Shown here piece after piece: positions 38,785-48,884 of a stretch of DNA of 64,000 nt. Origin of the DNA: Cyanobacteria bacterium P01_D01_bin.156 (GTDB lineage: Bacteria > Cyanobacteriota > Cyanobacteriia > Phormidesmidales > Phormidesmidaceae); assembly GCA_039024555.1 (NCBI GenBank), contig JBCCQQ010000014.1:32001-96000 (forward strand), in the 5' to 3' direction. A model generated the notes under the pieces. It saw only the letters and a program-made list of their open reading frames with translations, searched no databases and was not told the DNA's origin. Each line of letters starts with the position of its first letter. Within the stretch, counting starts at the first letter, position 1. The position numbers and the translations under genes were made by a program.

Positions 38785-38887
38785 TGTAGCGGCTTTTATT
38801 GAGCAGAATTTCACCGTCGACCTGTACTAAGTAGCCACGAGTTTAGGCTCTCCGCTACCCTAGAGAAAAACGTCTTAGACAACTACT

Positions 38888-39643
38888 ATGCCCGCGCCCC
38901 TTTTATCCCTTAAGGATCTTGATAAGGTCTATAACAATGGGACAGTTGCCCTTAAAGACGTCAATTTCACGGTACATCCAGGAGAATTTATCAGTTTTGT
39001 AGGACCTTCAGGCTGTGGCAAAAGTACAATACTGCGGTTAATTGCTGGGCTAGGAGCCCCAACCCAGGGAGCCATTACCTGGAATGGAACTCAACGTAAT
39101 CTTGCCTTTGTGTTTCAGGATGCCGCGCTCATGCCTTGGGCTAATTTGGTAGACAATATTTATCTTCCTTTAAAGCTTAAAGGACAACGACTACGCACGG
39201 TGCGGGGAGATATCCAAGACGCCATTAATACGGTGGATTTAAATGGTTTTGAACACAGCTATCCTCGACAGCTATCAGGGGGCATGAAGATGCGAGTGTC
39301 TATCGCTCGTGCCTTGGTCACTAAACCCGACGTTTTGTTAATGGATGAACCCTTTGGGGCGCTAGATGAAATGACCCGCAGTCGCTTAAATAGTGACCTA
39401 TTAACGCTCTGGGAAACCAAACAATGGACCGTACTATTTGTCACCCACAATATTTATGAGGCCGTTTATCTATCTACCCACGTGGTCGTCATGGCAGCTC
39501 ATCCAGGTAGAGTGGTGACTAAAATTCCTATCGAAGCTCCTTATCCAAGGACGAGTAGCTTTCGGACCTCATCACAATTTAATCATTATTGTCGAGAGAT
39601 TATGACGGCGTTATCAGCAGTTGAAGATGTTGGTGTGGTCTAG
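38888..39643 (+). CDS. ABC transporter ATP-binding protein (NitT/TauT family)
   Basis: GPSGCGKST, LSGGMKMR, LLMDEPFGALD, FVTHN. Confidence 0.95.
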   Translation: MPAPLLSLKDLDKVYNNGTVALKDVNFTVHPGEFISFVGPSGCGKSTILRLIAGLGAPTQGAITWNGTQRNLAFVFQDAALMPWANLVDNIYLPLKLKGQRLRTVRGDIQDAINTVDLNGFEHSYPRQLSGGMKMRVSIARALVTKPDVLLMDEPFGALDEMTRSRLNSDLLTLWETKQWTVLFVTHNIYEAVYLSTHVVVMAAHPGRVVTKIPIEAPYPRTSSFRTSSQFNHYCREIMTALSAVEDVGVV

Positions 39644-39744
39644 AGTGACTACATCCTAAAAGCTATGAACCAAGCGTTTTAGACTATAAGATCACCAGCT
39701 CCAACAGCATTCAACAACAGACTTAAAAACAGCGGGTATTAAGC

Positions 39745-40548
39745 GTGTTAAAAAAACAAAAATCAGACGTCTTGTGGAATTGGATCGCACCTCTTTTAGT
39801 CGGTCTCACCGCTGTGATTGGCTGGGATATATTTGTTCGGGCAACAAACACCCCTGCTTATCTGTTACCAGGCCCATGGCTAGTGCTCAAGACCTTAATA
39901 GAAGAATGGGGTGATTTGTTTCCATCCTTATTGGTGACCATTCAGATCACGCTGTTCGCATTTGTAGCAGCTGTTATATCCGGTGTGTTGATTGCGATTT
40001 TATTTGCCCAAAGCAAATGGATTGAACGGAGCTTTTTTCCCTATGCGGTAATTTTACAAACGACACCGATTGTTGCGATCGCACCTCTAATTATTATTTG
40101 GTTGCAAAACAACACGTTTATGGCCTTGGTGGTGTGTGCCTGGATTGTTGCATTTTTTCCGATTGTTTCTAACACGACCCTGGGGCTTAACAGTGCGGAT
40201 CACACCCTGCAAAACTTGTTCGAAACCTATGGTGCATCTCGCTGGCAGACCCTCATCCATCTGCGGCTGCCCAGTGCTTTACCCTATTTTTTAGGTGGGC
40301 TACGCATTAGCGGTGGTTTAGCGTTGATTGGGGCAGTGGTGGCTGAATTTGTAGCCGGTACGGGCGGCACCCGGTCTGGCATTGCCTATCAAATTCTGAT
40401 CTCTAGCTTTAACCTAGAAATTCCTCGCATGTTTGCAGCCCTGTTGATGACAACAGGACTAGGTGTAGGTATTTTTGTAGGCCTAACGCTACTCTCCGAT
40501 CGCTTACTTCGCCACTGGCATGAGAGTGCCGTTAAACGAGAAAATTAA
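39745..40548 (+). CDS. ABC transporter permease (NitT/TauT family)
   Basis: QTTPIVAIAPL, GASRWQ, LIGAVVAEF. Confidence 0.93.
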   Translation: MLKKQKSDVLWNWIAPLLVGLTAVIGWDIFVRATNTPAYLLPGPWLVLKTLIEEWGDLFPSLLVTIQITLFAFVAAVISGVLIAILFAQSKWIERSFFPYAVILQTTPIVAIAPLIIIWLQNNTFMALVVCAWIVAFFPIVSNTTLGLNSADHTLQNLFETYGASRWQTLIHLRLPSALPYFLGGLRISGGLALIGAVVAEFVAGTGGTRSGIAYQILISSFNLEIPRMFAALLMTTGLGVGIFVGLTLLSDRLLRHWHESAVKREN

Positions 40549-40560
40549 AGGCTAGAAACT

Positions 40561-41895
40561 ATGACAGGCTTTGTTGAGGTTCCTGATGTCCCCCATTACT
40601 GGCTAACCAATGTTCGCATTCCCCACTGCTTTCTTAAACCAGAGGACGGACTAGAGCCTATTCCTTCTCGTCAGGTATCTCCCCATCGAGAAGAATTGGT
40701 GGCGGCAGATGTAGAGATTATGGCGGGGGCAATTTCAAGGATTTTACCGGCAGGTACTACCCACTTAGCCGATACCCATGGGGTAAATCTTGGCCAAGGG
40801 CTGATATGGCCGTGCTTTGTGGACATGCATACCCATCTAGATAAAGGACACACCTGGCCCCGTTCACCTAATCCAGATGGCACATTTTCAGCTGCATTGA
40901 CCACCGTCCTTGAGGATCATAAAAATTGGCAGCCCGATGAGCTATACCACCGGATGGAGTTTGGGCTTAAGTGTAGTTACGCCCATGGCACCCAGGCGAT
41001 TCGTACCCACTTAGATAGTTTTGGGCCGTTGGCGCAGCAAAACTTTGAGGTATTTGATCAGCTACGTCGTCAGTGGTGCGATCGCATCATACTACAGGCT
41101 GTTTGTCTGGTGTCCCTAGATTATTTTTTAACTCCGGCAGCCGCAGCACTCGCTGAGCTTGTGGCTGGGTTTGACGGTGTACTGGGGGGGGTGGCCTATA
41201 TGAATGAAAACCTGGTGGCCCAGCTGGATCAAATATTCACCTTGGCTAAGCGGTATGGTTTGGATCTAGATTTTCATGCCGATGAAAGCCTAAACCCCGA
41301 CGATATTACCTTGCGCTACATAGCTGAAGCAGCCCTACGTCACGACTTTCAAGGGGACATTACCTGTGGCCATTGCTGCAGTTTATCGGTGCAGCCACCG
41401 GAGGTCGTTGAGAAAACTCTGTCGCTGGCAAAAGCCGCCAATATTGGCATTGTGAGTTTACCCATGTGCAATCTATACCTACAGGATCGACAAACTGGAC
41501 ATACCCCTAGATATCGAGGCGTTACCTTACTCCATGAACTTCACAAACGGAATATGACCGTCGCCCTTGCTAGCGACAACTGTCGAGATCCATTTTATGC
41601 CTATGGGGATCATGACGGATTAGAGGTGTTTAAGCAGTCCATACGCATTGGCCATTTGGATCATCCCTTTAGCCATTGGCCAAAAAGTCTAACGAGCCGT
41701 CCGGCACAGCTGATGGGGTTGGACAATATTGGATACTTAGCCCCTGAAGTCACGGCAGATTTTATTTGCTTTAAGGCGCGTAGTTTAAATGAGCTCGTTG
41801 CTAGACACCAATGCGATCGCGTTGTTATTCGCAAAGGTCAATCCATCCATACAAAGCTGCCAGATTACAGCGAACTAGACCGCTGGATAAACTAA
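40561..41895 (+). CDS. codA: Cytosine deaminase-like amidohydrolase
   Basis: DMHTHLDK, IRTHLD, DFHADE, GHCCSL, ASDNCRDPFY. Confidence 0.88.
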   Translation: MTGFVEVPDVPHYWLTNVRIPHCFLKPEDGLEPIPSRQVSPHREELVAADVEIMAGAISRILPAGTTHLADTHGVNLGQGLIWPCFVDMHTHLDKGHTWPRSPNPDGTFSAALTTVLEDHKNWQPDELYHRMEFGLKCSYAHGTQAIRTHLDSFGPLAQQNFEVFDQLRRQWCDRIILQAVCLVSLDYFLTPAAAALAELVAGFDGVLGGVAYMNENLVAQLDQIFTLAKRYGLDLDFHADESLNPDDITLRYIAEAALRHDFQGDITCGHCCSLSVQPPEVVEKTLSLAKAANIGIVSLPMCNLYLQDRQTGHTPRYRGVTLLHELHKRNMTVALASDNCRDPFYAYGDHDGLEVFKQSIRIGHLDHPFSHWPKSLTSRPAQLMGLDNIGYLAPEVTADFICFKARSLNELVARHQCDRVVIRKGQSIHTKLPDYSELDRWIN

Positions 41896-41921
41896 AGTCG
41901 CCTGCCAGCTTAGACCAGGTC

Positions 41922-42608
41922 CTATCTATCGAGTTCTGCAGTTGCCAGATTATCAGTTAAGCGCTGTAGAGAAATTTGGGCCGCTTCCGAAACTTGGGAA
42001 TGATTGTCCTTTGCCAAATAGCGCAGTGCCGACATTGACTTTGAGCTGGGTAAATTCCCCAAGGCTTCCGCTAAACGCTGTCTAACCAACCAGTCATCTG
42101 ACTGGGCAAAAGCTAGGATGTCATCCACAGCACTCAGATCGCCAATTTCACCAAATGCAGCAATGGCAGCCTGCTGCAAAATAATCTCCGGACTGTTTAG
42201 AGCCTGAATCAGCGCATCATGGGCGCGAGGGTCTTTAAGATTGCCCAAGGATACGGCAGCACTAAAACGCACAAGCCAATCAGTATCTTCGTAAAAAGAC
42301 CGAATCAGTGGCTCAAAGGCTCTAGGGTCCTCCAAATAGCCCAGAGCTCCGGCCGCATCGGCACGAATGCCATAATCCGGGTCGGTTTCTAAAATTTTGA
42401 CCAAAAGAGGAAAGCTTTCAGAGGTTTGCTTGATACCCAAGGCAAAAATCGCCATGGACCGCACTTGCTGATTATCATCATCCAGCACCAATTTAATCAG
42501 CTCTATGGCATCTGGACTGGGAACATCTCGCAACGCTGCCAGGGATAGTTTCTTGTCCTTAAGATCACCGGTTTGGAGTTTATCAGCAAGGACGGCGAGA
42601 TCAAACAT
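41922..42608 (-). CDS. nblB: PBS lyase HEAT-repeat protein NblB
   Basis: RSMAIFALG...DYGIRADAAGALGYL...EDTDWLVRFSAAVSLGNL. Confidence 0.85.
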   Translation of the reverse strand: MFDLAVLADKLQTGDLKDKKLSLAALRDVPSPDAIELIKLVLDDDNQQVRSMAIFALGIKQTSESFPLLVKILETDPDYGIRADAAGALGYLEDPRAFEPLIRSFYEDTDWLVRFSAAVSLGNLKDPRAHDALIQALNSPEIILQQAAIAAFGEIGDLSAVDDILAFAQSDDWLVRQRLAEALGNLPSSKSMSALRYLAKDNHSQVSEAAQISLQRLTDNLATAELDR

Positions 42609-43035
42609 GGTATTCCAAATAAGCTCTTATTATTGCTATCTATGGCCCAGGCATTAAACACGGCATATTGCCCATGGATAAAACTTGCAGTTCTCATTTC
42701 AGAAAACGTCACCCCATATCCGGACATCGGCCAATGCCACCCACTCCCCCCGAGGGTAGCAGCAGTTCAACTACCTACAATCGAACTATCAATCCCAGGC
42801 ATAGAATTACCTATATTTTACAAAAGCCTTAGCAAAACGAAAGAAATAAATCCTAATGCTTAGGTGGGCCAGCTACTCCAAATTTTTGACCAGCGCCTCA
42901 GAGGGGCATTGCCAAATGAGCTTGTGCCCGAAAACGCCAAATTCATTCATGGCAATATTCGGAATTCTGCCCCAGCAGCCTGAAGACAGGTTACAGACTG
43001 AAATCTATCTTTGTTCTATCTAGGAGTCTGCTTCT

Positions 43036-43143
43036 ATGGCTTATCTTGCTACTCCCAAACGCCGTAAGCGACGCAATCGTCATCGTTACACGCCAGCCCC
43101 AGCCGGTAAGCCTAGACGGACTCGATCCGGTGGATCTCGGTAA
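43036..43143 (+). CDS. Unannotated 35-aa Arg-rich peptide
   Basis: MAYLATPKRRKRRNRHRYTPAPAGKPRRTRSGGSR*; AGGAG RBS 9 nt upstream. Confidence 0.55.
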   Translation: MAYLATPKRRKRRNRHRYTPAPAGKPRRTRSGGSR

Positions 43144-43276
43144 ATTTTCTGTTTTTGTTAACGTTACCTTGAGGTGAGAGTTGTTATAGCTAATGGTATG
43201 AATCAATCTATTGGGGTTTTACCTTTCTAGGTGGTTCATTGGAGACCCACTAAACAACCTACCCTGGATATTTCCT

Positions 43277-43666
43277 ATGACTACGAAAGCTGTACTGCAA
43301 TTTATGCAGAAAACTGCTGACAATAAGGCTTTACAACAACAGCTTGAGACATTGCTTGGTTGCGGCGATGGCGATATTAGCACCAGTGTAAACCTTGATC
43401 CCGAAGAATCTCTTGCCCTCAGCCAACGAGCCCCCAAGGTCGTTGAGTTAGCCAGTAAAATGGGGTATCAATTTTCCAATACCGATCTCTTAACGGTTAT
43501 TGATGCCTTTAATCGCCACCAAAGCGGCGATTTATCTGATCAGGATTTCTCCCAACTTTTGGGTCTGCCCCAAGAAGAGAGTGTACGGCCAGCTGTTCGT
43601 AATAACTTCAAGCGTTTAGCTAACTATCTTTCTAAGACCTATTTAGGGGTTAATCTGTCTAAGTAA
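43277..43666 (+). CDS. Nif11-like domain protein
   Basis: AVLQFMQKTADNKALQQQL...VVELASKMGYQFSNTDL...GDLSDQD. Confidence 0.7.
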   Translation: MTTKAVLQFMQKTADNKALQQQLETLLGCGDGDISTSVNLDPEESLALSQRAPKVVELASKMGYQFSNTDLLTVIDAFNRHQSGDLSDQDFSQLLGLPQEESVRPAVRNNFKRLANYLSKTYLGVNLSK

Positions 43667-43690
43667 TGTTTTCTGTTGATAACATCAAGA

Positions 43691-43740
43691 TGGCAGCGGT
43701 CTGCTGAAGTTTTTTTCAGTAGACCGCTGCCAATTTTTTT
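43691..43740 (+). terminator. Intrinsic terminator
   Basis: TGGCAGCGGTCTGCTGAA...TTCAGTAGACCGCTGCCA followed by ATTTTTTT. Confidence 0.85.
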
Positions 43741-44228
43741 AGACTCTCTTGACCATCGGGTTGTGTAGACCGATACAAACAGCACCGCCTTACAGCCTGG
43801 GATCACCTTAGCTAGGCTATTGCAGCTATCCTGGGGAGCATTTACTAACTGATGGAACTCCCCTAGGATTTTCTATATGCCAAATAGAAATAACAAGGAA
43901 TCCCAATATCTTCAGCGTTGCACTCTCATCAAAATGTAATTCTGAAAACAATCTCTAGATAATCTTTTAGAGACGCTCTAAACAACAGGAATATTGTGCA
44001 AGGTAACAATCTCTTGAGAAACGTAACGGTTTTATATAAGAAACGATAAGTCCGTTAGAGTAACACTAGCTCAGGAAATAGATCCTAACTATCGTGTGAT
44101 TTCGTAATGCTTAGGATACGGGCTATGTAGGCTTTTCTGTTGACGTTACCTGCTTTAGCGTGGTGGATGCCTAGAGCAGTAATCACGATGACTCTTATTC
44201 TCCATTAACAGTTTACTGTCACATTCTT

Positions 44229-46784
44229 ATGGTTAACTCCCATTCTGTGACGTCATCAGACTTGGTTTCCCATGAGCTGATGACGTCGGAAGAACGAGCC
44301 TTTGATGGTGTTTCCTCAGAGGTGTATGTCTGTGTTCATGGTCATTTCTATCAGCCGCCTCGAGAGAATCCTTCTTTGGAAGCTGTGGAACGTCAACCTG
44401 GTGCAGCTCCGTACCATGATTGGAACGAGCGCATTCTCAAGGAGTCTTATCGCCCGAATGCCTTTGCCCGCATTTTGGATCAGTACGGTCAGGTACTGCA
44501 AATTGTTAACAACTACGAGTTTATTAGTTTCAATATCGGGCCTACGCTGATGAGCTGGTTGGCTCGCCATGATATTGAGACGTATCGGCGGATTCTAGAG
44601 GCGGATAAGCGTAGCTGTGAGCGCAATGATGGTCACGGGAACGCCATTGCCCAGGTCTATAACCACATGATTCTGCCCCTAGCCAATGAGCGGGATAAGC
44701 ATACCCAGGTACGCTGGGGGATTGCAGACTTTCGTAAGCGGTTTAATCGTGATCCCGAAGGGATGTGGCTGGCAGAAACGGCTATCGATCAGGCCACATT
44801 AAAAGTTCTGATTCAAGAAGGGATCACGTTCACCATTGTTGCTCCATCTCAGGTGCAGCGCTGTCGCCCCATGACACAAGGGAATGGTGTAGATCCAGAC
44901 TGGCATGAGGTGGGCGGAGGTCAAATTGATCCCACCCGCCCCTATCGATGTTTTGTGCCAGGGCTACCCCCAGGGAAAGATTACATCGACATTTTTGTGT
45001 ATGACGGCCCCATTTCTGGGGACATGGGATTTAGCGATTTGCTCCAGTCGTCCCAGTCGTTTGCAGAGCGCATTAGTCAGGCAATTCGTGGGGATCGTCA
45101 GGATGCTCAGCTAATTTCTGTGGCGACCGATGGTGAAACCTTTGGTCACCATCGGGATGGGGCAGAACGTGCTTTGGCCTATGCCTTAAAGACTGAATTT
45201 GTGGAACGGGGCTGGAACATTGTCAGCTATGCTCACTATCTGAATTTATTTCCCCCCACTTGGGAGCTGGAGTTGAAGCCAGTCACTGCGTGGAGCTGTG
45301 CCCACGGTGTAGAACGATGGCGCAGTGACTGTGGCTGCGGCGGTGGTGGCGAATGGAATCAGGCTTGGCGTGCGCCTTTGCGTGAGGCACTTGACTGGTT
45401 ACGGGATGAACTCATTGAAATTTATGAAGTCACTGGGGAAGATCTATTTAAAGATCCCTGGGCTGCTCGCGATAGCTATATTGATGTGGTGTGCGATCGC
45501 ACTCCCCTAGTAATTGAACAATTTTTTGCTCAACATCAGCACCATGAGCTCACCCCAGTAGAGCGGACAGATGCCCTCTGTCTCTTAGAAATGCAGCGTC
45601 ATGCGATGCTGATGTACACCAGCTGTGGCTGGTTTTTTGAAGAAATTTCTCGCCCTGAAGGCACCCAAATTCTGCGCTATGCCGCTCGTGCCATCGAACT
45701 GGCTGAAGAAATTTGCGGCGAATCCTTAGAGGCGGAGTTTATTGCCAAGCTGTCCCTAGCCCCTAGCAATATTCCCCACTTCAAAAATGGAGCAGGCGTC
45801 TACCATCATCAAGTAAAAACTGCCCAAATTAGCCTGGAACAAGTTGTAGCGCAATACGCGATGTCGTCCCTGTTCCATACCTACCATCGAGAACAGCGCC
45901 TATACTGCCATACCTTAAGCCATCAGGACTATCAAAAGCAGACGATGGGAGCTTTGACCCTAGCCCTGGGGCAAGTGACCCTCATTTCAGAAATTACCCA
46001 AGCAAAAGCCAACTTTACATTTGCTGTTTGCCACTTTGGGGGACAGGAATTTCTCTGTGGGATTCAACCCTTCAAAAATCGGTTGGCCTATACCCGAGCT
46101 AAGGACACTGTCTTAAAAGCCTTTGGGCAAGGCAGTATGGTGCAGACAATCGACGCCATTAAAGACCAATTTGGCGATCACACCTTTAATTTACAGCAGC
46201 TCTTTAGTGAAGAACGGCAGCACATTATGCAGCTATTGAGCCAAAATACGCTGCATCAGCTCAAACAGCTGTACACCCAGATCTATCGAGAAAACTATGG
46301 TGTACTAATGGCATTCCATCGGGAGCATATGGAGGTGCCTCGTGAATTGCAAGTGGCGGCTGAAATCACCCTTAGTCAACGAGCAGTTGATGTTCTGCGC
46401 CATCTAGAACAGGACTTGAGTGAAATTGATGAGAATGTACTAACCATTAGTACGGGGTACTTAGGTGAACTAGAAGGTATTGCCATTGAAGCCAACCACC
46501 TACGGTGCCATCTCACGTTACCCACTGCCGCCACCCTGCTGGAAAGTTTGATCTTGCAAGCCTTGCGTCAGGTTTTGCGTAGCGAGCCTGGAAGTTCTAC
46601 CTTAGACTGCACTCTAGCGGCTAGTTCAATTGCTATTCAGGGCATTCAACGGCTGATAAAACTAGGAGGCAACCTAGGACTCCCCTTGGATCTATCGAGG
46701 GTCCAGGAAGTCTACTACGATTACATCCAACACTGCCCGCCGATTCCCAATCTAGGGCAGGCACTGGATATCGTAGATTACTAA
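44229..46784 (+). CDS. Glycoside hydrolase family 57 / DUF3536 protein
   Basis: HGHFYQPPRENP, GMWLAETA, ATDGETFGHH, WSCAHGVERW, MYTSCGWFF. Confidence 0.93.
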   Translation: MVNSHSVTSSDLVSHELMTSEERAFDGVSSEVYVCVHGHFYQPPRENPSLEAVERQPGAAPYHDWNERILKESYRPNAFARILDQYGQVLQIVNNYEFISFNIGPTLMSWLARHDIETYRRILEADKRSCERNDGHGNAIAQVYNHMILPLANERDKHTQVRWGIADFRKRFNRDPEGMWLAETAIDQATLKVLIQEGITFTIVAPSQVQRCRPMTQGNGVDPDWHEVGGGQIDPTRPYRCFVPGLPPGKDYIDIFVYDGPISGDMGFSDLLQSSQSFAERISQAIRGDRQDAQLISVATDGETFGHHRDGAERALAYALKTEFVERGWNIVSYAHYLNLFPPTWELELKPVTAWSCAHGVERWRSDCGCGGGGEWNQAWRAPLREALDWLRDELIEIYEVTGEDLFKDPWAARDSYIDVVCDRTPLVIEQFFAQHQHHELTPVERTDALCLLEMQRHAMLMYTSCGWFFEEISRPEGTQILRYAARAIELAEEICGESLEAEFIAKLSLAPSNIPHFKNGAGVYHHQVKTAQISLEQVVAQYAMSSLFHTYHREQRLYCHTLSHQDYQKQTMGALTLALGQVTLISEITQAKANFTFAVCHFGGQEFLCGIQPFKNRLAYTRAKDTVLKAFGQGSMVQTIDAIKDQFGDHTFNLQQLFSEERQHIMQLLSQNTLHQLKQLYTQIYRENYGVLMAFHREHMEVPRELQVAAEITLSQRAVDVLRHLEQDLSEIDENVLTISTGYLGELEGIAIEANHLRCHLTLPTAATLLESLILQALRQVLRSEPGSSTLDCTLAASSIAIQGIQRLIKLGGNLGLPLDLSRVQEVYYDYIQHCPPIPNLGQALDIVDY

Positions 46785-46844
46785 CCAACACTGTAACTAG
46801 CCAATGAGAAGCTCACACGGCTAGTTACAGTAAAATTACAACCA

Positions 46845-47435
46845 TCATCGCTTGTAGAGAATACGAGCATCAAAGCCAAGACGGCGAGCGTCTCGTACTC
46901 GATCCGCAGCAGCTGAATAACTGCCGTAACGACCGATGTTAATAAACTCACCCTGACGTGCAGAATCGAGAGTCGCATTCCTAAAAGATTGCTGAGCTCT
47001 AGGTAGTTTACGCCTAGATTCTGTGATCGCAGCTACATAGCGTAAAGAGCTGCTTTGGCTGCCAGTCGCTATGGTCTGACTGTCCGGATCATAAAGGCCC
47101 AGCACATCTAATGTGTCTGGTCCAGCAACACCTGTCACCGGTAAATCATACTCACGCTGGAAACTTTCAACAGCGCCAAGGGTCAGGGGGCCATAGGCAC
47201 CATCAATGGGTCCAGGATTAAACCCATTGATAGATAGGGCATTTTGTAGAGCCGCTACCTCATTGCCAGAATCACCTAAACGGAGGCTAGGACTAGAGAC
47301 CGAGATAGGCACACTACTAGGACTAGGTAACGGTGGGGGCTCAAACGGTGGAGGCAGAGTTTGTTGAGCATATCCAGGTGCTCCTAAGAGAACAGCCACA
47401 CCTCCTGAAACAGCAAGCGCCAGCAGTCTAGACAT
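46845..47435 (-). CDS. Secreted peptidoglycan-binding domain protein
   Basis: LRLGDSGNEVAALQNAL...IDGAYGPLT...FQ...TGVAG. Confidence 0.88.
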   Translation of the reverse strand: MSRLLALAVSGGVAVLLGAPGYAQQTLPPPFEPPPLPSPSSVPISVSSPSLRLGDSGNEVAALQNALSINGFNPGPIDGAYGPLTLGAVESFQREYDLPVTGVAGPDTLDVLGLYDPDSQTIATGSQSSSLRYVAAITESRRKLPRAQQSFRNATLDSARQGEFINIGRYGSYSAAADRVRDARRLGFDARILYKR

Positions 47436-47554
47436 GAGAAAATTCCTTGATAGAAGACCAACCAGCCATGAAGAAAAAACCCTTCCATAACTGGATGGCG
47501 TCTATGTTAGCGAATAACGCCAGAAAATTACTCGATTAATACTAATCCCCAAAA

Positions 47555-48400
47555 CTAATCTTTAAGCACTCTTGAATCGTAACCAAAGGAACGAGCTAAA
47601 TCAGCTTTAGCATCCGCTTGGGAATGCCGCTCATAGCGCCCTATGCTGATGAACTCACCGAGAGTGCCACTGTCCATAACTGCTTCAGGAAAGTCTTGAC
47701 GCACACGACTTAAGTCTGACTCGCCTGCGATGATAGCGGCTACATAACGATTCTCTTCATCAAAGTTACCGTTAGACTCAAACCCCATGTGAGTTAACGT
47801 TTCTCGGTCAGCAACGCCGGTAACATCGCCGTTGGGTTGTACGATGCCGGCAGTGCGCTGGTAGGCTCTTACCGCTTGACGTGTATCAGTTCCATAGACA
47901 CCGTCCTCAGGTAAATCAAACCCAAAACTTCTCAGGGTTGACTGCAGTACCGAAACATCTGCAGAACGATCACCAAAGCGCAACTCATCCGTGCGAATAG
48001 CACCGTGTACCGGATGAGTCATACGAGGTAAAAGGCTGGTTGGGTCAACCCCCAAAGCGCTCAGGGTTTCAACATTCGCTAGACCGGTGACTTCCAAACG
48101 ACGGATGCGTTGAAACTGTCTTACAGCTTGGCGAGTATCCTCACCATAGACACCGTCAATGGTGTACGGAAACAAACCATAGCTGTTGAGCGCTCGCTGC
48201 AGCTCTATAACTTCTGGACCAGAGCTACCAAATTGTAATCTGACATCAGCTGGTAATCCTTGGGCAACCAGAACAGAACCCTGCGGTAGCTTAGCGATGG
48301 CTGAGGTAATGGTCAGTAGCCAAATCCCTGCCAATATACTGAGTTTCCTAGGGGAAGAAAACCGACAGCAAGCATTGAAAAAGTGCCTAACAACGTTCAT
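47555..48400 (-). CDS. Secreted protein with two peptidoglycan-binding domains
   Basis: Two GS.G..V..LQ..L...DGVYG.DT..AVR.F/YQ repeats. Confidence 0.88.
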   Translation of the reverse strand: MNVVRHFFNACCRFSSPRKLSILAGIWLLTITSAIAKLPQGSVLVAQGLPADVRLQFGSSGPEVIELQRALNSYGLFPYTIDGVYGEDTRQAVRQFQRIRRLEVTGLANVETLSALGVDPTSLLPRMTHPVHGAIRTDELRFGDRSADVSVLQSTLRSFGFDLPEDGVYGTDTRQAVRAYQRTAGIVQPNGDVTGVADRETLTHMGFESNGNFDEENRYVAAIIAGESDLSRVRQDFPEAVMDSGTLGEFISIGRYERHSQADAKADLARSFGYDSRVLKD

Positions 48401-48884
48401 ACGTACTACTTAGATATTACCAACCTAACAGAGCCAGTATGATGCCTGGGTGATATTACGGTTACACATACTTCAATTAAATCATTTCTGTGGGAAGTGT
48501 ATGGTCTGGCTGAACGTTATCAGAGGTATTCAGTAAAAGACCTTTGCCTTTATAAAGCTGATATTAAGAACCCGATGATTAGCGATTAGCTCCAATGCCA
48601 ACGGCACATCACTACAAGCTAGCCAATCAATTTAGAGAGACCCCTGGGAACTTAATCGCTTTTAGATACAATGAGCGGAAACAAAGCTTGAGATTTTTTA
48701 ACATACTGCCCAGTTCATTCTATTCATGGTTCTTCTTTAAATATTGGACGGTGCTGGTTTGGTTGTCTGCAGCGTTCGATCTAGACGATTTTTTATGCCG
48801 GGAGAATGTACTTGACTAGGGTGTTAATGATTATTCCGATACTTCTCAACTAGCTGTTACTAATCCGTTCTACTTATCCTATAT

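Noticed and set aside
42573..42863. 96-aa ORF opposite the nblB start
   Set aside because: Overlaps nblB and its promoter; no family features
43826..43870. Imperfect hairpin (CCTGGGGAG...CTCCCCTAGG) as an ncRNA
   Set aside because: Single stem with no recognisable RNA family motif
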